Assembly: GCF_009914755.1 (NCBI RefSeq)
Contig: NC_060938.1
Length of the DNA: 64,000 nucleotides
Source of the DNA: the human T2T-CHM13v2.0 reference genome, Homo sapiens
Direction: 5' to 3' (one strand)
Both the position numbers and the translations under genes were made by a program. The notes below the pieces were generated by a model. That model did no database searches and was not told where the DNA came from. It worked only from the letters and a program-made list of their open reading frames with translations. Of this stretch, positions 11,620 to 24,044 are shown one piece after another (within the stretch, counting starts at the first letter, position 1; every line of letters begins with the position of its first letter).

Positions 11620-12453
11620 GCTATGAAGGCTGTGGGAAATCGTACAGTGATTGAAATCATATATAAACATAGCAATGTCTTTGGGGTCTAAAAAATTAGT
11701 GCTTTCTAAACTTTATGAAGGAGTTTCCAACAAACGACTTATTAATGTTGATCAGCACATTGGATCGGAATGTTGGAATGCTGGCAGCAAGTTTGTAGGC
11801 AGATGCTTGTTCTTTAGCAGACATAGCAAGAGAAGAAGTTTCCAACTTTAAATCTGACTTTGGTTATAACACTCCACTAAAACATCTTGCAAACAGAGTG
11901 GACATGTATGTACATGCATATACACTCTACAGTGCTGTTAGATCTTTTGCCTTCAGTTTCATGTTAGGGTCTTACAGTATGAATGACAGTGCACAATTTT
12001 CCATGATTGACTCATCAGGTGTTTTATATGGTTATTGGGCCTGTGCCACTGGCAAAGCCAGGCAAGCTGTAAAACAGAAATAGAAAAGCTTCAGATGAAA
12101 GAAATGACCTGCTATGATACTGTTACAGAAGTTGCTCAAGTAATTTACATAGTACATGATGACGCTAAGGATAAAGTTTACGAACTCAGCTGGGTTAGTG
12201 GTTTAACTAAAGGAAGACATGAAATTGTTTCAAAAGATATAAGGGAATAAGCAGATAAATATGCTAAAGAATCCTTGAGTGAAGAAGACAGGTCAGATGA
12301 TGATAATATGTAAAATTTACTCCAGTATCTATTCTATGTTAAATTCCTATTACAATCCCGCGTAACTATATAGCCCTGTGGATTACACATACCCACTGAC
12401 CAATTTTTTATTAAATTTTCATCTTGTAAAAGACAAAACAGAAACAACAACAA
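11620..12453 (+). pseudogene. PSMA3P1: Processed pseudogene of proteasome 20S subunit alpha-3 (PSMA3), 5'-truncated
   Basis: Intronless PSMA3 peptides split over several frames ([56 protein letters not shown]). Premature TAA 12248-12250, original stop 12311-12313, ATTAAA 12410-12415, degraded A-tail ~12428-12453. Parent identity is secure; the P1 symbol is from recall. Confidence 0.93.
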
Positions 12454-12474
12454 GATAATTTTAAAAATTAAAAA

Positions 12475-13215
12475 TATTACCCCACTACTTTCTGGCCTCC
12501 ATGATTTCTAATGAGGAACCCGCCATCAGTCTTATTAAAGATCACTTGTACATGATGAGTTGCTTCTCCATCTTTGTCTTTTGATAATTTGATTATGTGT
12601 CCTGGCATGATTCCTTTTGCATTTATCCTTCTTGGAGTTAATTGAGCTCCTTAAATGCTTAAATTCATGTTTTAATTTTTAAAAATCAAATTCAGGAAAT
12701 TTTAAGCCATTATTTGTTCAAATATTTTTTTCTGACCACTTTGTCCTGTCCTCTCCTACTGGGATTCCCAATATGTGTATTTGGTTTGCTTAATGGCATC
12801 CCATAGGTCTCTCAGGCACTGTTTGTTTTTCTGCATTCCTTGACTGAATAATTTCAAAGGACCTATCTTTATGTTTGCTAATTCTTTCTATCATCCTGCT
12901 CAAATATGCTATTAAAATTCTCTAGAGAAATTTTTATTTCAGTTACTCTACTTTTCAGGTCGAGAATTTCTGTCTGGTTTCTTTTTATAATTTCTATTTT
13001 TTATTGATATTTTCTATTCATTTATCATTTCCCTGATTTTCTCTCACACTTTCTCCATGGTTTCCTTTAGCTCTTTGTGCATATTTAAGACAGTTTGACT
13101 AGGTAGTCCAATGTCTGTGCTTCCTCAGAGATAGTTTTTGTTCATTTCTTTTGTGAATGGGCCATACTTTCTTGTTTCTTTGCATGCTTTATAATTTTTT
13201 GTCAAAAATGGAAAC
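12475..13215 (-). mobile_element. Old L1 (L1M4-type) ORF1-region fragment
   Basis: CTTTCTGGCCTCCATGATTTCTAATGAGGAA...CACTTGTACATGATGAGTTGCTTCTC, antisense ORF1 pattern. Confidence 0.75.
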
Positions 13216-13244
13216 TTAAAAGCAAGATAAAGAACAGTATTATA

Positions 13245-13480
13245 ATATTTATTTAATAAACTCTTCTATAGCCAGGTATTTTTCTGCATGTTTTACAAAT
13301 ATGAAATCGTTTAGTCTTCTGAACAATCCTGTGAGATAGTGTTGTTATTATGTTCATTTTACAAGTGAGAAAACTGAGGGATAGAGAAGTTAATGTCATT
13401 GCAGCTAGTAAATGGCAGGGCTGGGATTTGTAGGAGGTGGAACTCTAGAATCTGTGCTTTTTCTCACTATGCTGTATTTC
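13245..13480 (-). mobile_element. MIR SINE
   Basis: CATTTTACAAGTGAGAAAACTGAGGG...CAGCTAGTAAATGGCAGGGCTGGGATTTG. Confidence 0.88.
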
Positions 13481-13514
13481 ATCTCTGTAGCTAGAGATTA
13501 CTCTTTTTTTCCAT

Positions 13515-14940
13515 TTATTCTTTATCATGGTAAAATATACATAACAAAATTTACCATTTTAACTATTTTTAAATATACAATTCAATGGCCTTAAGTATAA
13601 TCAAATTGTTGTGCAAATGTGATCCAAATTTGCAAACATTTTTTCATTATCTCAAACTGAAACTCTGTACCCATTAAACAATAACTCCCTATCATCTTCC
13701 CCTGGCCCTGGTAACCACTATTCTACTTTCTTTCTCTATGAATGTGAGTATTCCAGGTACCTCACATATATGAAATCATATAATATTTGTCCTTTGATGT
13801 CTAGCTTATTTCATTTAGCATAATATCCTCGAGGTTCATTCATGTCGTAGCATGTTTTGGAATTTCATTGCTTTTTTAAGGCTGAATAATATTCCTATAT
13901 ATGTATATTCTACATTTTGTTTATCCATTCATCTGTCAATAGAAATTTCAGTTGTTTCCACCTTTTAATGAATAATACTATGAATATTGGTGAATATTTG
14001 TGTGACAGAAAGATAAATATTGTATACTCTTAGTCATATGTGGCAGCCAGAAAAGTAAGCTCATAAAAGTAGAGAGTAGAATTATGGTTCTTAGAGGCTG
14101 GGGAGAGTAGGGGCAAGAGAATGACAGAGAGAGGTTGGTTAACAGACACAAAATTACAGCTAGATAGGAGGAATAAATTATCGTGCTCTATAGTACTATA
14201 AGAACTATATTCTGAATATGGTTAATAATAATGTATTAATTATTCAAAAAACTAAAAGAGAGGATTTTGAATATTCCCCACACAAAAAATGATAAATGTT
14301 TGAGGTGATGGATATATTAATTACCCTGATTTGATCATTGCACATTGCATACATGTATTGAAATATTATTCTGTATCCCATAAATATGTACAATTACTAC
14401 ATGTCAGCTAAAAAGGAAAAATATTTGTGTAAGTTCCTGCTTTCAGTTCTTTTGGGTATAGATCCAGAAGTGTAATTACTGGATTATATTATAATTCTAT
14501 GCTTAACTTTTTAAAGAACTGCTATGTTGTATTTCACAGTGGCTGTATCATTTTACAGCCCCATGAACAACACATAAGGGTTTCAATTTCTCTACATTAC
14601 TAGCCACACTTGTTATTTTCTAGTTTTTGATAGTAACCATCCTAATGGATGTAAGATGGTATCTCATTATGGTTTTGATTTGCATTTTCCTAATAATTAG
14701 TGATGTTGAGCATCTTTTCATGTGTTTATTGCCCATTTCTACATCTGCTTTGAAGAAATGCTGTATCAAGCCCTTTGCCTATATTTGAGCTGTTTTATGT
14801 GCGTGCTGTTGTTGTTGTTGTTTTGCTATTGTGAAGTTATAAGAATTCTTTATATATTTTGAATATTAATCCATTATCAGATATATGATTTGCAAATATT
14901 TTCTTCCATTTGCTGGTTACATTTTTACTCTGTTTGATAG
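13515..14940 (-). mobile_element. L1MB 3' portion, split by an L1MA insertion
   Basis: GGTAAAATATACATAACAAAATTTACCATTTTAAC 3' end; continues after 14430 into ORF2. Confidence 0.85.
14004..14419 (+). mobile_element. 5'-truncated L1MA 3' end
   Basis: L1MA 3'UTR; TSD AATATTTGTGT at 13993-14003 and 14420-14430. Confidence 0.88.
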
Positions 14941-15198
14941 CTTACCACTTTAGTTCCCTTTTTCTTCATTCAGTATTCACTTTTGGAGATGTAAATTTTT
15001 TTGTCTGTTTTACAGAATTCTCACAAACTTGATTCTGAGAGTTTTTGCTTCAGTTTTTGATTTTTCTGTGGAGAGACATGCTCTGGGAGCTACCTACTCT
15101 ACCATTTTTGCTGACATTACTCTAGCTGCCTTTTTCTGTAAATAAAGTTTTATAGGAACACATTTTTGCCCACTCATTGTTATACTGTCCATGGCTGC

Positions 15199-15926
15199 TG
15201 TGTTAGGTATCTCCTGACATGGATCCCTCTCCCTTAATATTCACGTCCTTATGCAATTCTCCTGTTTCAATGGGGGCTGGATCTAGTCACTTGCTTCTAA
15301 CAAATACAATAGAGCAAAAGTGATGGGAAACTGGATATGGTTGCATGCATCTGTAGTCCCAGCTACTGAGGAGGCTGAGGTGGGAGGATTTCTTGAGTCA
15401 GGTAGTTCAAGGCTATAGTGCACTATGATAACACCACTGAATAGCCACTACACTTCAGCCTGGGAAACATAACAAGACCCCATCTCGGGGAAAAAAATGA
15501 TGGGGTGTCATTTCTGTGGTTCAATTTGAAAAGACTGTGACCTCCTCTTGCTATTATTCTCTCACTCTCGCCTTCTCAGCTTGCAAGCATGGATGCAGCA
15601 AGCTGCCATGTGTGCAAGGCCCACAGGCAAGGAACTGAAAGTGGCCTCTACTAACAAGGAATCGAGGCTCTCACTCAAACACTCTATGAATCCAATCAAC
15701 AACCACATAAGTGAGCTTCAAATCAGATCTTTTCCCAGTTGAGCCTTCTTAAGAGACCATACGGCTGGCCTACACCTTGATTATAGCCTTGTGAGAGACC
15801 ATGAAGCAGAGAACCCTGCTAGTTTATGCCAGGATTTTGAACCACAGAAACTGAGATAATAAATGTGTGCTATTTTATGCCACCAAACTTTGGGTAAATT
15901 GTTACAAGGTATAGACAACTGATACA
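15199..15926 (+). mobile_element. MLT1E/F-like solo LTR
   Basis: TG...CA termini, 5-bp TSD GCTGC/GCTGT, end GAAACTGAGATAATAAATGTGTGCT...ACAACTGATACA. Confidence 0.85.
15329..15497 (+). mobile_element. FAM (fossil Alu monomer)
   Basis: Monomer with the FAM-diagnostic GCACTATGAT...GAATAGCCACT; TSD-like AAAA(G/A)TGATGGG. Confidence 0.85.
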
Positions 15927-16812
15927 GCTGTTTTTGCATGACAACACTAGAGTTGATTATTGTTACAGGGACCATATGATTCATAAAGAATAATATATTT
16001 ACTATCTGGCTTTTTACAGAAAAAGTTCTGTGTGAGAATGCAAGCAAGGAGGCTGGCAGGTATAGTCTTCCATGACTCAGAAAGGAGGGAAGAACCAGCT
16101 CCACGAGCACTAGTAACTAGATGAGCTACATGAGCACTAGACAATTACTGCCCTCTGATGTCCTGATGTACATCAAATGTCTATTTTGAACTCAAACTGC
16201 TTTCTTGGTATGACATCAGAACTTCTTCTTAAGTGTATAAAAGTTGAAGGCTCAGGAGAGCCAGTGATATATGTGTTCTCCCACACCACTCACAATCTGG
16301 TCCCCTTTATTTCCTGGAAAGTCCTGCAAAGGCTTTGGAATGAGACTACTTCAGTGATTCTGATGAGGAGTAAGACTTGGAAATTACCACTTTAAACTTC
16401 CCCAGAAAATCTCTTTTACAGAATTAATGTGCTTAACATACTGGTTCACAGAATAAGTGCTTCTTAAAGCAAAAGGGAATTTACCCTCTATCTGGGCCAA
16501 ATGTGTCATTTTCTAGGTGAGAAAAATGAGGCTCGGAGAGCTTAAAAGGCTATCTAAAGGCCACAGAGCCCCAGGTTTAAAGGAAAAGTGAAAGCAGATT
16601 CATTAATTCTCACCCCAGGGCTTTTAAAAACTATTATTTAATTCAGTCTTTGAGCAAATTATCACAAGATCTGATTCAATTAAATGTGAATTTATATGAT
16701 TTTACTGCATTAAGAATCATCTGATCTGCATGTTGGTTGAACAATTTACGTCAAGAAAAGTCTTTTATTACTTAATTTGCATTTTCTACCGAAGGCACCC
16801 ATAAATAAGTCA

Positions 16813-16831
16813 GCATCGCCCTCTACTGGAT
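16813..16831 (-). promoter_or_regulatory. CTCF binding motif
   Basis: Minus strand reads TCCAGTAGAGGGCGATGC, close to the CTCF core CCA(G/C)(C/T)AG(A/G)(G/T)GGC(A/G); non-repeat context with the CpG retained. Confidence 0.62.
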
Positions 16832-17719
16832 GATTTGTATTTGTTACTCATTCGTTGCATCCAACATGATTTATGTAGAATTTTGGATATTTTTTCTTAA
16901 TTTCAATGAAAGGTACATGAAAACCAGGACATTCCAGCTGTTTGGATATTCCCCTATGCCTATTAATCTGGTTGGATAACATTTTCCTCTTCCAAAAGAG
17001 GCCTTGATTTTCTAGTTTTGAGAATTATAAGTTTAAACAATGAATTCCAACATGTTAACAAAGAAGGAAAAGACAGAGTCAGAGAAACCAAGAGATGCAG
17101 ATAGAGATGAGGAAAAGCTAGAGAGAGAGATATTAGAAGAGAGGGACAATTCTGGTCAGAGTGAAAGCAGACTGTTTTTCTACTTTGGCAGCTTCAAAAA
17201 TAAACTCAAATAAATGCTTTCTTTGTGGCATCACTAGCTGCAGTTTTTATAATGCATATGCTAGTTCTAGCTCATGGAATAAACTTTTTATCTTCTTGAG
17301 ACCACATTTAAGCTGTGAGCTGGGTTGACTACAATGATCGGTTCTTCTGCCTGTGAAAATGGTATGCTCCTATCAAAGCAGATTAAATTGTGGTTGGTTG
17401 GGAGTCAGCCAGCAAACTGTTAATAGCATTAAAACTGACTGAATTGCGGCTTAAATTTCGACATATAAGGTAAGAAAAAATAAACAGTAATAAAAAGATA
17501 CCACTGCACAATTAGCTCTCACATTACAAAAAAAGAAGAATAACAAGTATAAATTAAATTATGTGATGTAAATTACTATAACAAGAACATCTAGTCGCAG
17601 TTGCAACAAGGCAAATGCAAATGCAAATGAGTGAGTCATCATTTCTGGGTTAAGCATCTGCAACCCAGACTCTTCAGCCCTGACCTCTATCATCTAGCCC
17701 AGAAACAGCTTCAGATCCT

Positions 17720-17910
17720 GGAAAGAATATGGGCTTTGGCATAGACACACCTGCATTCAAATTGCAGCTCTGCCACTGTGTGGCCTTGAGAAAAGCCTTG
17801 CTTTCCTTATCTGTAAGGTGGAGGTAATTGTATATAATTCATACAGTTTGGGAGAAATTAAATGAAATAAAGCATAGAAATCACTTAATACAGTATCTGC
17901 CATATATGGC
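17720..17910 (+). mobile_element. MIR SINE
   Basis: GGGCTTTGG...TTCAAATTGCAGCTCTGCCACT...TTTCCTTATCTGTAAGGTGG. Confidence 0.8.
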
Positions 17911-17939
17911 TACTACACAACTCCAGGTGACACACACAG

Positions 17940-18745
<806 letters not shown>

Positions 18746-18838
18746 TTGGAGTTTCTTAAATGTTCATCTCATCCCTTTCCTCTATAGATTCTGAACCAAT
18801 TGAACAACAGTCAGGAGTGATGTGAAGAATGCTACATG

Positions 18839-19139
18839 GGCTAGGTGAGATGGCTCACACCTGTAATCCCAGCACTTTGGGAGGTTGAGGTGGGAGGATC
18901 ACTTGAGGTCAGGAGTTCGAGACCAGCCTGGCCAACATGGTGAAACCCCGCCTCTACTAAAAATACAAAAATTAGCTGGGCTTGGTGGCAGGCACCTGTA
19001 ATCCCACCTACTCGGGAGGCTGAGGCACAAGAATCACTTGAACCTAGGAGGAGGAGGTTGCAGTCAGCTGGGAGCACACCACTGCACTCCAGCCTGGGTG
19101 ATAGAGCAAGACTCCGTCTCAAAAAAAAAAAAAAAAAAA
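18839..19139 (+). mobile_element. AluS (Sx/Sz)
   Basis: Dimer with GAGGTCAGGAGTTCGAGACCAGCCTGGCCAACATGG; TSD AAGAATGCTACATG at 18825-18838 and 19140-19153. Confidence 0.97.
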
Positions 19140-20484
19140 AAGAATGCTACATGGACCGGACCTTCAGGCAAGACCAGGCTTCCTATTCCTTCCCCCAGGT
19201 TTAGATTTCTTGACCCTGTAAATCAGCTAAGATTTGCTCAACAGCCGCATTCCCACTGGGGAAACAGCTACCTGCCCCATACCTACCAGCACGGAGTGAA
19301 AAACAAGCCTGCCTCTGGAAGCTTGTCATTGGACCTTGATCCAGCTGTGATTACCCCATAGAATCAGGAACAGAGGAAAAAAGATGCCCTTTGCAGGCAG
19401 GGCAGTTCTGAAAATGAGAATGCTTACATCAGTGCGGGTTGCTCCCTGCACAGGGTGCCAGCCAAGGAGCAGGTGGGGATTGAAATCCAGTCCACATTTC
19501 ACTAGCCAAGCTATACTCACTGGTTTGAATCCATGTTACATAAAGATACCATCCGTCCATCAAGCCTTGTGGACAGAGGGCTGTGTCCACCCAGAGGGAG
19601 CACTTTTGTGTCATCTGTACAAAAGCTCCATGTGAACTCATGGGGTTCTTTTCCCCAAATCTCACCAATCAAATGAATCTTTTCTACTCCCTTGTAGAGG
19701 AACATCATAGATGGAAGTAAGGCCAGAACTTCCCTTCCGAATACTTGCAAAAGAACCTAAGTTTTATTTTTATGAGCTAGGAAAGGAAGGGAAGAGTTCT
19801 ACCTAAGACAGATAAGCAGGGAGAAGAGAATTGGCGTTAATTGAACACATACTGTATGCCGGGCATTGGAGAGCATGTGATATGGATAAGCCATTTCATA
19901 TTATTTGACCAAGTGTGTTAAGATTGATACTTCAGATGAGCGTCTTGAAGATTACATTAAAGAAGACCACACATCCAAAAGTGATGACACTTGAATCCAA
20001 AGTCCATCATCTACTACCACTCTGTGGTACTTTGTACTCTTTCAACAAAAAGTCCTACTGGCAGTGACTATTCTTTAAGATTTCCAGGAGCTGAGGAGCA
20101 TGGCGCTGAACAATACAGACACAACTGTTATCCCATGATCTGCAATGAGAAACACAAGCCAGGCAGGATCAAGTTTTTAGACAGGTGTGTTCCAAAAGTT
20201 CACTTCAAGACTAATGCTTAGCAAATATTTTTTCTAAGTTATAAATAAAGATTACTTTCCTGAGTTAGCTCAAAAAATTGTTTTTAGTGTGGTTTGGACC
20301 CTTAACCCCTGAGATAGAGCTTCCCTGATTCTCTCTGATCATCGAGTCCCACTGGGTACCTTTGTGAGCCAGTAAACTCCCAGGTGGACTGGCTGTGTAA
20401 ATGAGGGGGCTTGTAAAGCAAGCAACATAAAACGAAGGGTCTATGTAAAAAGTCCTACAAATAGGGCTTTGAAAATCTCTATTG

Positions 20485-20703
20485 CAGGGTTTCTCAAACT
20501 CAGCACTGTTAACATTTTGGGCCAGATAATTCTTGGTTGTGGGCGCTGTCTAGTACATTATAAGACATTTAGCAGCATCCTTGGACTTAACCCACTAGAT
20601 GTCAGTAACAACCTCCCACCATCACAAGTTATGATAATCAAAAATGTCTCCAGACATTGCCAAATGTCCTGTGTGGGACCAAAATAGCTCTCCATTGAGA
20701 CTT
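20485..20703. mobile_element. MER20 hAT-Charlie DNA transposon
   Basis: CAGGGTTTCTCAAACTCAGCACTGTTAACATTTTGGGCCAGATAATTCTT...AAAAATGTCTCCAGACATTGCCAAATGTCC. Confidence 0.9.
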
Positions 20704-21674
20704 CGGAGTGCAATGGCTTCTGAACAATGGCCTATAACCATTTAGGTATTCCATAACTCTCAAAGGCCTAAAACCCAGGTTCTGTGAATAAATTCACTAA
20801 TGTGTAAAAAAGCATAACATCTTAAAAAGTAAAACACAATTTTTGATGGTTGTGAAGGGCTATTTAAAAATTTTTAAAGATTTAATACCTCTAAATACCT
20901 AGATTTTTTAATACCTAGAAATATTTAATACTTTTTCTCATATAAAAGATGATTGAAGATTGTTTTTCAATCTCAAATAAAATATACTGTTCCCCAGACA
21001 GTGTAAGATATTTTAGAATAAGAATTAATTAAGAATTATGATACTCTTATTTTCAGGTGGTAATTTAGTATCAACAACAGGCCTTTTCTTTGGCTATAAA
21101 CAGAAAAATGTGGGTGTGGACATAATGAAGCAATTGTACAGTTTGAAATAGTGAATAACTCACATCCCTCATAGAGAAAGGGTCATGCTACCTTCACAAC
21201 GCAGGCCAAGAAAATTCCCATGATCTAAGCCACATAGAAGAGTTTCAGATTCCACAAAATACTTTGAGCCCCCTCCTTTATTCTCCCATCCCATTATTCT
21301 CTGTTTTTGAATGATCAAAAAGTGAAGTTTCCTTCACTTTTGGGCTAATGCCCAAATGCCCTTTGGGAAAGTTCAACTTCTCTTTTATTTGAAAATTAAA
21401 ATTCTTATCTGATGAACTTCAAAATCTCCATCCAAAGATGAATACAGAGGTTATGAGTTGCTCTAGCTCTCTAAGTGCTACATAAAACAGACGAAGAATA
21501 GAATTCCAGGACTCGGCCTTCCCAGTCCGCTATAGACATTATTATAATTCTCCAACTGAAAGCCAAATTCTGGCTATAAATTCTGGCTATGTTACCATTA
21601 AGCTGACTTCTCATCCACATTTTCTAATACCAACACTTTCAAAAAGAATTGAAAACATATATGGTTAGTATATA

Positions 21675-21930
21675 AGCAGAGTATAGCGGCTGAGAGCTGG
21701 GATGCTGGCACCCAATGACTTCGATGCAGAATCTTGGCTCTGCCACTTACTAGCTTGTGACCTTGAGACCCTCCACCTCAACCTCTTTGTGCCTGTTTCC
21801 TCAACTACCCAGTGGAGATAATAAAAGTGTTCATACCTTAAGGTAGTTATAAGGAATTAATGAGTCAATATTTATAAAGCGCATAGATTGGTATCTAACA
21901 CACAGTAAGTGCTAAAAAGGTATCTGTTAA
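21675..21930 (+). mobile_element. MIR SINE (near full length)
   Basis: AATCTTGGCTCTGCCACTTACTAGCTTGTGACCTTG...CACACAGTAAGTGCT. Confidence 0.88.
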
Positions 21931-24044
21931 ACAAAATTATACAATAAATAGAGCAACACAAGGCCTTTGTCCCATTATTACAATCATGAAATGCTCTAGG
22001 GGAAAAATGAGAAAACAGGCTTTTTGTTTTTGCTACTGTCACTTCCTTCTTCCAGTCCCTTCTTCCTTTTTCTGTGTCTATTTCATGTCTTCTTTCCAGG
22101 TTCCTACCAGGGTGTTAGCAGAGAACAACTGGTGATGCTTAAGGTGCCAGTCTAAGCTTCCTTCGCAGAGGTGCCTTTGAATTTCCCCTGGAGACTCTGA
22201 AAAGCTAAAAAGCCCGCAGAACTTAAAGAAGTGAATCTCTAGCCCTGCAGCATAAGTGAGGAGTTGTATTTTCAGAGAGGGGGACCCTCCAGGCCTGGTC
22301 TGCACACTCCTCAGGCTGGCCCTGGGGAGAACAGTAATGCAAATTCATACCTTTGAGCTAAAAAATTAAATTTAAAAAATAAGCAGCCTCAAGTTTCTGC
22401 AGTCTAGCATATGGCAACTGTGGCACTGTCTTGAAATGAGTCATCTGAAGCCCAAGTTAGAAGCAGACATAATTTCCAGATGTCAAAAAAAATATTTTTC
22501 CCTAAACAGAAAAGCAAGCAAGATGGAGTGCAATTTTCAAAACTGCTTATTTTACTAGCTGTTAATGTTTACTCACTTCTGATTTTCCCAAGATTATCCC
22601 CTTGTAAGCTGCGGCCTAAATGCATTTAAATTGCCTTTGAATATACCAAGCAATGCTTACTACCATGGAAACAGAACCAAGGATATGCAAGATGACTCCT
22701 CTGGGGCATAATTTGGTGCTCTAGATACTTTTGATTGGTTGCTCCCTGCTCTGTCACCTCTTCTCTGAAATGTAATCATGTTGGTTGGATTTATTTTTAT
22801 TATCCACAGGAGCACACAATTCACCAAGTAGTGGAAAATGCCATTCATTCATCAAAGTCCTTCCAGAGAGACATGGGCGGCATTAGCGAGCAAATCCTTA
22901 TGTGTCAGAAAACACGGGCAGATTGCTCCAGAAGGATTTGGGCCTTTGCCCAACAGTCTAGGAGATAACCTGCACCTTTAAAAATGTTATTTGTGTAGGA
23001 GAAAGGACTACAGACTGGTGCCCCAAAGAATGCTGCCTAATGCCCTGGTTCTGGAGAATGTAAGTGGATAGTAGTTGTACACTTCTGTATAAATGGTATA
23101 TGAAATAATAATAATAAGGGATGAAAACAGAAATATCCAATTCCTGGCTTTGTTGTTAAGGTATTTATAAGCTCAATAAAATTACTTAGCTCTGTTTTTT
23201 TAATGTAAAATGGCCATTTGTAGAGTGGAGTAGAGAATAGGACTTGGGTTCAGTTTGAGGTCAATGTTTGTAAACTAATGAATCCTTTGGATGAAGGATC
23301 TAGGCATAAAGAACAAATAGTATTTCCCTTGCCTGTCTCATCAATCCACAATGAAGATGAGAGAAAAATATCAAGGTCAAGTCTGTTGTTTTTGTTTAAA
23401 AAATACCATCTGAGCCGAGAGCATCTATCTTAGCCACTTGAAGGGATAATGTCCTTATGCTTCCTACAAAACTTGATTCATGTAATGTGTACAAACACAA
23501 AACAAACAAATACTGTGATTTTTGGATTCATATTTCCTTCTCTTTCTGGAGTGCCTTGAAATTCTCTGGGCATATGTCAATGCATGGGAACAGAGACCAG
23601 CTGCTTCTTGGAATAAACAATATCACAGCAATGAAAAGATGCAAAGGCCAGAGTTGGACAAGCTGAGGCTACCTGACCTTCACTCTGCACAGAAATGATT
23701 GTGGCATTTAGATGTTGATAGATGTTGAAATATTAAAACATTGACAACTAAGTTTAAGCTCTATAGTACAGAAAAGTTCCTGTATATCCCTAAGAAATAT
23801 ATTAATAAATATATTTACAGATATTTCTAACAGAAAAATTGGCAAGGAAGGTGGACTGATCATTTATGTAAATGAATATAAAATTAGTTCATAAAAACTT
23901 GAGGGGAATTTAATTAATAATCAGAAAAATTAAAAAACTATTTTATAACTGATTCGCAAAACAATTTAATCATTTAATGCTGGCAGAGTTATGGAAAGTG
24001 AGGCAGACATATGTCATGTTTGTGGCCAACGGCATCTTTTGAAC

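Larger units (their letters stand above)
15130..16030. mobile_element. MER58-like hAT MITE, split by MLT1
   Basis: TTTCTGTAAATAAAGTTTTATAGGAACAC...GGCTGC | TTTTGCA...TATTTACTATCTGGCTTTTTACAGAAAAAGTT. Confidence 0.78.

Noticed and set aside
11651-12250. Three ORFs as a functional PSMA3-like gene
   Set aside because: The N-terminal ~26 codons are missing, and there are frameshifts and premature stops.
15329-15497. 7SL/SRP RNA gene
   Set aside because: It lacks the S domain and is a diverged FAM monomer with an A-tail and TSD.
17632-17645. AICE composite at TGAGTCATCATTTC
   Set aside because: Spacing and orientation match neither AICE1 nor AICE2; kept only as an AP-1 site.
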